Shown here: positions 52,352 to 62,661 of the stretch, in pieces
Layout: each line of letters opens with the position of its first letter
Numbering within the stretch: position 1 is the stretch's first letter
Assembly (NCBI GenBank): GCA_963841015.1
Contig: CAWJAX010000002.1
Location: forward strand, 160,001-224,000
Direction of reading: 5' to 3'
Length of the DNA: 64,000 nucleotides
Origin: an uncultured Methanoregulaceae archaeon
GTDB lineage: Archaea > Halobacteriota > Methanomicrobia > Methanomicrobiales > Methanospirillaceae
Position numbers and translations under genes: made by a program
The notes under the pieces: generated by a model
Told to the model about the DNA's origin: nothing
The model's input: only the letters and a program-made list of their open reading frames with translations
Databases searched by the model: none

Positions 52352-53937
52352 ATGCGTACGGTACGAGACACATCTTCAGGAGTACGGCGAATCATCGCAA
52401 CTGTATGCATCATCATCCTCGTACTGCCGGGCGTAGCCTTCGCAGAAACCGTGGATAAGGCAACACCGGGCACAGAGGCCCCGACCGGCACTGTACCGAA
52501 TGTCACCAGCGTGCCGGCAACACCGGTTCCCACCGCTCTCCTGCCTCTTGAGAACACGAGCGGTGTAACACCGAATGTTACCCCGATTCCGACAACGCCG
52601 GTTCCGCTGGTGTTTATCTCCCTTGAGAACGCGACCGGTGCCGTCAACCCTCCCCCGCTTCTTATCTTCGATCCTCCGGTCATTCAGGGCCTGACTGCCA
52701 CCCTCTACGGGATTGTCTCTCCCGGGTCGACGAATGTAACGGTTGTCAGCCTCCTCTGGGACTGGGGGGATGGCAAGGCGCCGGAATACCATGGATTCCC
52801 AAACTCACATGCATACAGCAGTCCGGGCACGTACATCTTCTCGATTACCGCCCGGCAGTCCGATGGACAGAACCTCACCGGAACCACAAAGATTTCCGTG
52901 GGGGATCCGCTGGTCCCTGTTACGACTACCGTTCCCATAACCCTGAATACAACGGTGCCGGGGGGACCCGTCATGATGATACATCCCCCGGTCCTGACCC
53001 TGCTTGAGCCGGCGATTGACCGGAAGAATGTCACGCTGAACGGGAACCTCAACGCCGGATCACCAGGTGTAGCGATCGAATGGGTGACGGTCGACTGGAA
53101 TGACGGATCCATTACAAAATCTTCCGATCTCCCGGTAGCGCACCGGTATTCCGGCGCCGGGATTTTCACCGTCAGCGTTACGGGGAACCAGTCTGACGGC
53201 CAGTCAACCACAAAAAAGATCGCGCTGGAGATCAAAGATGAGATACCTGCTCCGCCCGGACCAACACCTTCAGGTCCCGCCCCCCAGAATGACCTGCAGG
53301 GGTACCTTATTCTCATTGCCATGGCCATAACCGGGGGGGTTATCGTGGCCGTAGTCATGATCACCCGGCAGAAAAAAGACCTGCTGGTCGCAAAGCATAC
53401 CCAAAAGACATTTCCCGCGAGGGGAGGCCCACTCCCGGCAAACCGGCCTTCAGCAGAAGAATTAAAAACGATATGTTCCGGGACGGGCGTTGAACCGGAG
53501 GTTCTTGACGCGGTGATCCAGGTGGCCAGGGAAATTGCCCGGGAAGGGCGCGAGGGACAGGCTATCGGGACAGCATTTGTTGTCGGGGACACCACAAATG
53601 TCCTGAGCCATTCAAAACAGTTTGTCTTAAACCCGTTCCATGGTCACCAGGAGACCGAACGGCAGATAACCGATGCCGGGATCCAGGGAACCATCAAGGA
53701 GTTTGCCCAGCTGGACGGAGCGTTCCTTATCACGGGCACCGGGGTGGTCGAAGCGGCAGGGAGGTGCATCACGGTGGACTTAAGCCAGGTGAACCTGCCC
53801 GGAGGGATGGGTTCACGGCACCTGTCCATTGCCGGCATCACCCGGGTTACCACCTCAATCGGGGTCGTAGTCTCGCAAAGCGGTGGCCAGATCTCTATTT
53901 TCCGGGGGGAAAGATCGTCTACACTATCAGGTCATGA
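52352..53937 (+). CDS. Secreted PKD-PKD-TM-diadenylate cyclase; G-run frameshift at 53904-53909
   Basis: Signal peptide, WDWGDG/VDWNDG..H.YS..G.(Y/F) PKD motifs, TM helix, DAC motifs QLDGAFLI and GSRHLSIAGIT; one added G gives FRGGKIVYTIRS*. Confidence 0.85.
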
Positions 53938-53949
53938 GGGAGCAGCCCG

Positions 53950-54156
53950 GTGGCGCTCCCGCTCTTGCAGGTGGGCAAAAATATCCTCATAGCCTGGGGA
54001 ATGAAGGATATCGGGTTCAGGGAAAAAGAGTTAAAGACATGGATGGACGCGTTTCCCCTTGCAAAGGTAGTACGGTTCGAAGATGCCGGTCATTTTGTCG
54101 CAGAGGAGAAGCCGGCGGAACTCATCGGGGAGATAATGAATCTGATCCGCTCATAA
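53950..54156 (+). pseudogene. C-terminal fragment of an alpha/beta hydrolase (haloalkane dehalogenase-like)
   Basis: ILIAWGMKDIGF...DAGHFVAEEKP with no N-terminal domain. Confidence 0.7.
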
Positions 54157-54206
54157 AAATTACCTGAATCCTGCGATTCATGTGGTGGTAACCGGTGAAA
54201 AGAGCA

Positions 54207-54389
54207 TTATTTTTTTATCGCCATCTGCACCCGGTAAATGGTATCGGCTGTCAGTACCGGCATTTTGAGTTCAGTTTCTGAATATTCGATAAATTTTCTC
54301 ATGACTTCCCGCTCATTTGTTCCCGTGAGTTCAAAGGAATAATCCATGCCGAGATCTCGAGAGTTTAATGACACAATACCCAAACACAT
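54207..54389 (-). CDS. DUF1059-like paralog lacking the Cys/His ligands
   Basis: SRDLGMDYSFELTGTNEREV...PVLTADT. Confidence 0.7.
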   Translation of the reverse strand: MCLGIVSLNSRDLGMDYSFELTGTNEREVMRKFIEYSETELKMPVLTADTIYRVQMAIKK

Positions 54390-54722
54390 CATCTCTTTTT
54401 GGTGATCACAACCTTTTCCTGTAGTATAATAAACGCTGGCTAGGCATCGGTGCAAGGCATGAGGATTTTTTCCGATTCTGGTCCTCATTTTATCTGGTAT
54501 CCCCCCGATGTTTTCTGGTCTGAGGGAAGATCTGACTCATGCCATTCTCCCTAAAAAAAAGCAGCGGGATGGAATGGTTAACCATTGCTTTCTTTCTTAT
54601 TTTCACCCCATGCTCATACCCTTTAAAAGGCTGAACAGCCGGCTTATGATTAAACAGGAAGAGTAAGATTGTTCATTGCAGGGCAGCAAACCGCAAATCA
54701 GATCCGGCAGCCGTGGATACCT

Positions 54723-56534
54723 GTGGATAAACCTGATGAACTCCTGAAAAAATACTGGGGTTTTTCTTCTTTTTTACCGCACCAGAAAGAGATCATCGAT
54801 TCTGTCCTGGAATGTCATGATACCCTTGCAATCATGGCAACGGGTGGCGGAAAATCGCTCTGCTACCAGCTTCCCGCCCTGTGCTTTCATGGCCTGACGA
54901 TTGTCATATCCCCCTTGATCTCGCTCATGAAAGACCAGGTTGACGACCTGAATGCACGGGGGATACCTGCAGCTGCCTTCAACAGTTCACTGGAATACGG
55001 TGACCGGAAAAATCTTGAGGAAGACCTGAAAAATAACCGCATCAGGCTTTTGTTCCTCTCACCCGAGAAATGTATGCAGCCGGATTTCCTCATCTTCCTG
55101 AAAAAATCCCCGGTCTCCCTTTTTGCCATCGATGAGGCACACTGCATCTCAGAATGGGGTCACCATTTCAGGCCGGAATACCGGCAATTATCTGCCCTGA
55201 AAAAACACTTCCCGTCAGTTCCCCTTATTGCATTAACCGCCACTGCCATCCCCGCCGTGAGAAAAGACATCTCCCAACAACTTGGATTATCTGCTCCCCG
55301 CGAATGTATCGGCAGTTTCAACCGGAAAAACCTGCAGTACCGTGTTCTGCCGAAGAAAGATGCATTGAACACCCTCCTTACCTATATACGGCAGCACAAG
55401 GGTGATTCCGGTATTATTTATTGCCTCAGCAAAAAAGAAACAGAAGATCTGGCGGAACGACTCCGGAAAAGTGGTTTTCCGGCACAGGCCTATCATGCCG
55501 GACTTTCAAAAAAGGTCAGGGAAAACGTCCAGGATGAATTCATTCACGACAATGCAGCTGTTGTCTGCGCAACGGTTGCATTTGGCATGGGTATCGACAA
55601 ACCGGATGTCCGCTTCGTGATTCATTACGATATGCCAAAGAGTATAGAGTCCTATTTTCAGGAAACCGGACGAGCAGGACGAGATGGCGGTGAGAGCGAA
55701 TGCATTCTGTTCTACAGCAGGGGGGATGTGGGGAAAATCCGCTCTCTGCTGGAACGTGACGGATCCGATGAACGTTTCGTACGGCTCGCACTCCGCAAAC
55801 TGCAGGATATGTCGGAATATTGCGAATCTCCCTCATGCAGGCGGAAGTTTTTACTCACCTACTTTGGGGAAGAATACGCCGGGGAACCGTGCGGTTCGTG
55901 TGACAATTGCGATCAACCGCAGGAAATGATTGACGGTACAGATGTTGCAAAAAAAATTATCGCGTGCGTGCAGCAGCTGCCATCCCCCTATGGAGTCGCT
56001 CTCATAACCGAGGTCCTGACCGGTGCAAAAAGTTCCCGGGTCCGGAATTATCATTTTGACAACCTTCCCGCATACGCTAGCATGAAAGAATACAGCACAT
56101 CCCAGCTCAGGACATGGATTGGTGAGCTGATCCGGCAGGGATACCTGGCAAGGACGGGAGATAAATATCCGGTCATTCGCTTAACAAATAAAAGTCATGA
56201 TGCAGGACAGGGAAACACATTACTCAGACTCTCTCTTCCTGAACAGGGTACCATGAAAAAATCCCTGCCTCTCTTGCAGGGTGTCACTACAACCAGCGAA
56301 GAAAAATTATTTTTGCACTTAAAAACGCTGCGCAAATCCATTGCCGATCAGGCCGGTGTGCCGCCCTATATCATTTTTCCGGATAAGAGTCTAAGAGAGA
56401 TGGCACAGGCAAAACCCTGCGGGCTGCACAATTTCAGGCATATTCATGGGGTCGGGGAGATCAAAATGGAAAAATACGGGCTGGTTTTTATGTCAGCAAT
56501 CAAAACCTTTTGTGAAGAAAACGAACCAAAATAA
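54723..56534 (+). CDS. recQ: ATP-dependent DNA helicase RecQ
   Basis: TGGGKSLCYQ, DEAHCISEWGH, QETGRAGRDG, RQC Zn cysteines, HRDC domain. Confidence 0.95.
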   Translation: MDKPDELLKKYWGFSSFLPHQKEIIDSVLECHDTLAIMATGGGKSLCYQLPALCFHGLTIVISPLISLMKDQVDDLNARGIPAAAFNSSLEYGDRKNLEEDLKNNRIRLLFLSPEKCMQPDFLIFLKKSPVSLFAIDEAHCISEWGHHFRPEYRQLSALKKHFPSVPLIALTATAIPAVRKDISQQLGLSAPRECIGSFNRKNLQYRVLPKKDALNTLLTYIRQHKGDSGIIYCLSKKETEDLAERLRKSGFPAQAYHAGLSKKVRENVQDEFIHDNAAVVCATVAFGMGIDKPDVRFVIHYDMPKSIESYFQETGRAGRDGGESECILFYSRGDVGKIRSLLERDGSDERFVRLALRKLQDMSEYCESPSCRRKFLLTYFGEEYAGEPCGSCDNCDQPQEMIDGTDVAKKIIACVQQLPSPYGVALITEVLTGAKSSRVRNYHFDNLPAYASMKEYSTSQLRTWIGELIRQGYLARTGDKYPVIRLTNKSHDAGQGNTLLRLSLPEQGTMKKSLPLLQGVTTTSEEKLFLHLKTLRKSIADQAGVPPYIIFPDKSLREMAQAKPCGLHNFRHIHGVGEIKMEKYGLVFMSAIKTFCEENEPK

Positions 56535-56775
56535 AACAACCCGGGGGAACAGGAAAGAAGCGACGCTGACCGGCTCTTTGGGCAGGACCTGACACGACAG
56601 ATTTCCCGCATAACCGTTCACCAGTATTTCCGGGTTGATGCAAATTTTGCAACTACCGGGCAGACGGATATACTTCCACGTCCTATAGACCTTATCTAAA
56701 CCAGCGACAATAATTTGTGAGTATCATGACCGTTACTTTACAAAAATCACCGCGGGATAAGGAGTGGATACCACA

Positions 56776-57145
56776 GTGACTGACAAAGGAAAAGACAAAG
56801 CCGCAAAAGACTGAATATACTGAAGCAAATGTCACCGCACAGACCATGACCCAAGATCCCGGCGTGAAAGCACAGCATGGTTCGGGTGGTACAAAGGTCG
56901 TCCCCCACAACCGGGAGAGCATTGTTACCACATCAATCCGCCAGGAGAAACTGACCTGCCCCCGGTGCGGTGAATCAACCATCCACGCAGAATTCCCTGA
57001 CCAGTTTGAAGCCTGGATTAAATGTTCGTCCTGCGATTTTTTTATGGGAATGAGCAATGATGACTGGCACCGTATGGAAAACAGTCCCAATATCAATGAG
57101 AAAATCAAAAAAATGGCGTTTAAAAAAGACCTCATCAAAGAGTAG
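56776..57145 (+). CDS. Zinc-ribbon hypothetical protein (paralog of 20516-20890); N-terminus likely frameshifted
   Basis: CPRCG...CSSCDFFMGMSNDDWHRMENS; a GTG-TDK start after SD ggag lies in an adjacent frame. Confidence 0.75.
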
Positions 57146-57254
57146 CCAGGGAATATTTTCGGATGAAAGATATTTTAAAGAACAGTCCGGTTCTGCACAC
57201 AAGGTTCTGCAGAATACATGACCGGGAAATTTTTTAAAAAATACGGTTATTGGG

Positions 57255-57519
57255 GCTCTGTAGAAACGCACATGAGTCACGGACTCAGGCAAACATGATG
57301 AATAACCGTGGGTTTTTCCTGGTAATTCCTTTTCCCTTGATATGAAATTCAAGATGCTGGTACGAATGAAGGAGGGGACAGTGCCTGTCCCGCCATGCCG
57401 CCCCTGCGCTGAGCGATGATGACGCAGCACCTGTTCGGGAGGTATCGCATCGGCGGAGCCACAGCGGCGGGGGTGAAACCCCCTTGAGCGTTTAGCTTGG
57501 AATTGAATATTTCTACAGA
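57255..57519. mobile_element. MITE copy 1 (with an extra ~58-bp segment after the left end)
   Basis: GCTCTGTAGAA...TTCTACAGA ends; body matches the reverse complement of 63693-63899. Confidence 0.8.
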
Positions 57520-57593
57520 TCAGTTATTTGCTATTTTTGATTTCAGGGTATTTTTTGAACGTTTTGATTGATTCCCCGTTGTGAGCACCGCTC

Positions 57594-57926
57594 CTACAAG
57601 GGACCGGTGAGCGTTGGCAGGATCCATCCGACAATGGATGCCACAACCCATATGACAACAGCAATGAGCAGGGATTTGATCCAGCCGATTGAGTAGAGCA
57701 TCTGTAATGCCAGCAGCCATACGATTCCCGCTATGAAAGCGGCGAGCAATCCCTGGCCCAGCCAGGAGTAAATGATAGTGTAGGCGATTGTTCCAATAAG
57801 GGCAGCGATAAGTGCCGTCGTTATCCCTTCGCTTTCACCAAAAAACTTTACAATGACATAAATTATGAGCGTTGAAATAATCAGTGCGATAGCAAATATC
57901 AACAGCGTACCAACAAGTGAGGCCAT
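57594..57926 (-). CDS. Four-TM hypothetical membrane protein
   Basis: 110 aa hydrophobic ORF. Confidence 0.8.
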   Translation of the reverse strand: MASLVGTLLIFAIALIISTLIIYVIVKFFGESEGITTALIAALIGTIAYTIIYSWLGQGLLAAFIAGIVWLLALQMLYSIGWIKSLLIAVVIWVVASIVGWILPTLTGPL

Positions 57927-58640
57927 GGTGCATCTCTTTTCCCTATCTCTTTAAAAAGAGATCCCTATGTTACAAAATCTGAAATATGTCCCTGGATGGC
58001 AAATACGTTGGTTTTCCCTGGTGCGGACAGGGATGCTCATGAATGTAATTTTTTCCCTTCAGGTTTTTTCATGCAGAGTCAGCACAGGATTAAAACTCTC
58101 ACCCAGGTGAGTAATCTTTTCCTGACTAAAAAATAAGGAACAGGGACAATCGTATCTATCAGGTAATAAAAAAGTGCATTTCCCGAATGAATCATTCTTC
58201 CGGTTACCTTGAATCATTCTCTCATTGCAGTCAGGAAAACCGTTTCAATCGTCCTCTTCATCCTCAAGGGTGGGCCAGATATACTCATCATTGGCAGTAT
58301 AGGACAGACTCGTCATCATCATCTCTTGGGTAACGGCGGGGATCCAGATCCAGCTCGGGTTCCCCCCGCTCGTCCTTGCTTCCCCGGACACCATGGCTCA
58401 TGGAGCTTTCTCCGCCCCGGTGTCCCCGGCTCCGTTCTCCTCGCACCATCTGTCTCACCTCAATCCCCCATGTATTCTCAAAAACAAATTTCATTGTTTA
58501 TCAGGTTAAATATTTTTTGGATCTGCTGTGAAAAGGTTGTGAGCAGGTACAAAGATCTTTCGTGAACTACCCATAATCATGAAATGGTGAGGGGAGAAAG
58601 AATCTCTTCACGGAATGCAATCTTCCCCGGGTGACCGATC

Positions 58641-58934
58641 CTGTTAACCAGCCATACCCTCCTGCAGCAGTACTGGCACGATGACCGCTACGATATTGGC
58701 AAAGTCCGGGTCTGGTACCGTGACCAGGGCGCAGAAAACAACTGGTCTGTCGTGTGCGGTTCCGATATCAGCCTGGAACCGTACTACCTGAATATCCGGA
58801 CACCTGATGGTGAGAAACCCATTCCGTATCACCGGATACTGCTCATCACGTATGACGGGGAGATAACATTCGAGAACCGGAAGATACGGGGGCTGGCATA
58901 CCAGCTCATCGAGGAGAGTCAGCACCGGATATAG
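58641..58934 (+). CDS. DUF504/MJ1316-like RNA repair domain protein (probable CTG start)
   Basis: (M)LTSHTLLQQYWHDDRY...WYRDQGA...IPYHRILLITYDG; in-frame TGA at 58632 and GGTGA SD. Confidence 0.75.
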   Translation: MLTSHTLLQQYWHDDRYDIGKVRVWYRDQGAENNWSVVCGSDISLEPYYLNIRTPDGEKPIPYHRILLITYDGEITFENRKIRGLAYQLIEESQHRI

Positions 58935-59148
58935 CCGATCAGGGGACCGGAGAGGATGAATCAGGCGCAGTGTCCTTTTTTACGCCAAGGAAAAGATACT
59001 TCCCCTCAACTGTGCAGTTGGCAGGAGTATCACAGGTGCAACAAAGCTGCAGATCCTCGAACGGATGTTTGTCCCAAAAAAACAGGAACAAATAAAAAGA
59101 AGGACAGTATTACCCCCGCATCTCGTAGTATTTTATTATCGTGCACAG

Positions 59149-59593
59149 TTACGGCACAAACCGTATACCGGGATAGACAGCGCCCCGGAAACCGATTCTC
59201 AGCAACCGCCAGGCCGAACTTTTCCGTAATAACACTGCGGAATTCATTTTCACGGATAAGTTTAGGGAATCCTCGTATCTGTCGGCGGAAGGTGCGGACC
59301 CATTCACTCCAGAGCAGCATGCACTGGACATCATAGATCCCGTTCAGCTGCACATGGCGCGCCAGGAATTCGTCCAGGACCCTGAGTTCGTGGATCTCTT
59401 CCTGGTCGATATCGATTCCCGTTAACCGGAACTGTTCGCCAAACCGGTTCAGCATCTCGAGGTTTGTCTCGTCTATGACGGCTGGGGAAAGGCTGTTTAC
59501 GGCACTCACGGGGCTGCTCCCGGTCAGGGAGATTTGTTTTGGCTGGGGGGTCCTGAATGCGATACAGGATCCCTGGCTTTGCGTAGCGGACAT
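59149..59593 (-). CDS. Hypothetical protein with a winged-helix-like C-terminus; frameshift near 59185
   Basis: FLARHV...LWSEWV...EFRSVI followed by RGAVYPGIRFVP* in the adjacent frame. Confidence 0.55.
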
Positions 59594-59850
59594 CAGAGAA
59601 TCACCAGTAGAGCATGTGAAGAGGGGGTTTATAGGTAGTTACCTGAATTCCAAAATTTGAAACATACATTGAAAACAACACCGGGGAGGTAACTCTGATC
59701 AGAGAAAACGGGTACCCGGGCAAGGTTTTTCTCCGTGAGCAGCGGGGGAGAATAACGACAATCAGCAAAGAAAACCCCTTCCAGGGAAACGTGCAGCAAA
59801 GAGTATAACACGACCCCGGGAAGAATACTTCCTAAAAGGATGGGCAGGAA

Positions 59851-60669
59851 ATGACAACCCTTTTGGTTGACCAGGCACTCTGCACACGGTGCGGTATTTG
59901 TCCGATTGTATGTCCGATGAAAATAATTGGTCCTGTTGACGAGAAAACACTCCCTTGTGTCCCTGAAGCAAAAGCCGTGATGTGCATCCGCTGTGGTCAT
60001 TGTGAGGTGTCCTGCCCCTCACAGGCCATTATCCTCAACTTCCTGCCGGAGGAAAAGGTTCACCTTGCGGCTGGTGCAGGATCCCTCTCTCCGGCTGACC
60101 TCAGCCTGTACCTGAAGAAGCGCAGGTCGGTCCGGCATTTCACTCCTGAACCTGTTGATAAGGATACCATACGGCAGATTCTTGATGTTTCCCGGTACGC
60201 AGCATCCGGGAGCAACGGACAACCGGTCCAATGGCTGGTTGTGCATGATCCTGAGGAAGTCCAGAAGCTCGCCGGGCTGACGATCGGGTGGATGAAAACA
60301 CTCCTGAACAGCGACCATCCCCTGAGCGGGTATGTCCCATCACTTATTGCGGCATGGGATCGTGGCTTTGATCCGGTCTGCAGGGGTGCTCCGCATCTTG
60401 TGATTGCCCATATCCCGGAGGGCAACCCGGTCGCATCCATCGATGCCATCATCGCCCTGACCCATTTCGATGTCACCGCACCGGCCTATGGTGTCGGAAC
60501 CTGCTGGGCGGGTTTCCTCTCGATGGCTGCCACTGCTTATGAACCCCTGCAAAAAGTCCTCGCCCTCCCATCAGGAAGGAAGTACTCCTATGCCCTGATG
60601 TTTGGCTACCCCCGGTATAAAACCTACGGGATCCCCCGGCGTAACCCGCTTGAGATCACGTGGCGGTAG
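59851..60669 (+). CDS. Nitroreductase family protein with N-terminal 2x[4Fe-4S] domain
   Basis: CTRCGICPIVCP, CIRCGHCEVSCP, RRSVRHF, ASGSNGQP, GTCWAG. Confidence 0.92.
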   Translation: MTTLLVDQALCTRCGICPIVCPMKIIGPVDEKTLPCVPEAKAVMCIRCGHCEVSCPSQAIILNFLPEEKVHLAAGAGSLSPADLSLYLKKRRSVRHFTPEPVDKDTIRQILDVSRYAASGSNGQPVQWLVVHDPEEVQKLAGLTIGWMKTLLNSDHPLSGYVPSLIAAWDRGFDPVCRGAPHLVIAHIPEGNPVASIDAIIALTHFDVTAPAYGVGTCWAGFLSMAATAYEPLQKVLALPSGRKYSYALMFGYPRYKTYGIPRRNPLEITWR

Positions 60670-61357
60670 TGGCAGGACATGAAGCGGAGTTCCATCGAAT
60701 ATTGTACGATTGTCACGGTTCGGGAGTGAACCCCCTGGATTCATGTCTGGTTCAACAGGCCCCCTTTTCGAATAACGCACTTTTAATCAAATAGTTTCTC
60801 AATAAAAGCGCATTGAATATGATTCTATCTATAAATAAGTATATATATATGCACTAACTATTACTCTTTATCGGGGGTATATACAGAGAGGTACCAGGAG
60901 GATCTCCCGCGATGGAGTATAAACCGGGTCCTTCTTTGAAGCCTTGGGGAAATGAAAAAAAATCTGCGATGAGTCTTACGCCCACGAAAAGAGCATAGGG
61001 AATTCATGGCGTGAGAGGAGCAGAATCATCTGGTCTGTCCGCCGGGGTATTTCATCACCTCTTACCCCGGAATCTCCAATGTCTTTGGGCCATAAATACC
61101 ACTCGCCTCGTGTAATAAATACGGGTATAAGGTATACCTGTCTTTACCTTATACCCGGAAAAATTCTTCCTGATTGTACGCAGCGTTGCTATTCGTAGGG
61201 AAACGTGGAGCGGATTTTCCGGCTTTCTCCCCCTGGTGCGGTCCGGCATTCAATAGCACAGTCACTTTAACCCCGATCGGGGTGCCTGACAGTAATAATG
61301 CAGCCCGACAATTCCCTGATTGCCCCTTCCCCCTAAACAAAAGACTGACAGGGAAAC

Positions 61358-61564
61358 GGTTCTCTAGAATTCCTGTTCTTTTTAAGAGGAAATTCAAAGC
61401 AGGGGTATGATGATTGAGGTGACCGTGCCTGTCCTCCATACCACCCCTGCGCTGAGCGATGATGACGAAGTACCTGTTTGGATTTTATCGCACCAGGGGA
61501 GCCATAGTGGCGGGGGAGAAACGACCCTGAGCGTTTCGGTAGTAATGAAGTATTTTTCAGAGCC
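61358..61564. mobile_element. MITE copy 2 (diverged)
   Basis: GGTTCTCTAGAAT...ATTTTTCAGAGCC ends; shares cccctgcgctgagcgatgatgacg and other blocks with copies 1 and 3. Confidence 0.7.
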
Positions 61565-61648
61565 TGAGAAAGGTCTCCGGCTATTACCTTATCACCTTGC
61601 TTTATTACCGTACACGTCCCCGGAGAATATACTCTGGGAGGAAAACAC

Positions 61649-62512
61649 ATGATACTCGATGCACGGGTGAGACCCCCGTTTAAAAGTCTCAAAGAGGTAC
61701 TTGCACCTGCACCAGGAGCCCGGCCATCGGTCAAACGCAGTCCCCTGGTGAGCGGATACGAACGCCCGCAGTCCATGGTCCGGAAATCGGTGGAGCTGTT
61801 CTTCCAGGAAATGGATGAAGCCCGTGTGGACAAAGGCATACTGGTGGGCAGGCAGGCGGGGCACCGGTTTGTCTCCAATGATGACATCGCGGAACTCCGT
61901 GACCAGTATCCCGGCCGGTTTCCCCTTTCGATTGCGGGCATAAACGGGATAGATGTACCAGCTGCCATCCGTGAGGTTGAACGCACCATTACAGGAATGG
62001 GATTTAATGGCATTGCCGTTGACCCCGGCTGGTGGGTCCCCGCGATGTATGTCGATGATCCCCGCATTTACCCGATCTATGCAAAATGTGCAGAACTTGG
62101 GGGAGTGCTCTACCTTACCTGCAGCCTGATGCAGGGACCGGATATATCGTTTGCTGAACCGTGGCGCATTCAGCGCGTGGCAAATGAGTTTCCTGACCTG
62201 CAGATTGTGGTTGTGCACGGGGCGTTTCCCTACACCAGCGAAATGATCGGTGTCATGATAGCCAATGCACCGTTAGGAAACCTGTGGGTACTACCGGATT
62301 TCTTCCAGTTTATCCCTGGTTTTCCGGGAGCCCAGGACTGGGTAGAGGCTGCCAACCACTACCTTGGGGACAGGATCCTCTATGCCTCATCCTACCCGGT
62401 ACGACCCCTTAACCAGAGTATTGACGAATTCAGACGGTTTTCGTACAAACCCGATGTGCTGGAGAACCTCCTTGCAAAAAATGCAGCGAACCTGTTCGGG
62501 ATAAAACTCTGA
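61649..62512 (+). CDS. Amidohydrolase_2 family protein
   Basis: ILDARVRP, YPIYAKCAELG, IVVVHG, ILYASSYP. Confidence 0.85.
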   Translation: MILDARVRPPFKSLKEVLAPAPGARPSVKRSPLVSGYERPQSMVRKSVELFFQEMDEARVDKGILVGRQAGHRFVSNDDIAELRDQYPGRFPLSIAGINGIDVPAAIREVERTITGMGFNGIAVDPGWWVPAMYVDDPRIYPIYAKCAELGGVLYLTCSLMQGPDISFAEPWRIQRVANEFPDLQIVVVHGAFPYTSEMIGVMIANAPLGNLWVLPDFFQFIPGFPGAQDWVEAANHYLGDRILYASSYPVRPLNQSIDEFRRFSYKPDVLENLLAKNAANLFGIKL

Positions 62513-62661
62513 TGTTTGCAGGTTGGTAAAAAAGAAAAAAATCAACGGATCACCGATGGGTCGTTGGAGCGGGTGTCCAGCGACGATCAAAGGGAACCGG
62601 GAAACGATGGTGAATTCAAAAAGGTATCAATAAAACCTATCACACAAAGAGAAGAGATAAA

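Noticed and set aside
56574-56590. Inverted partial cassette motif (tctttgggcag) after recQ
   Set aside because: Only about 11 bp match the most divergent copy; too weak to count. The same applies to the partial hit at 28075.
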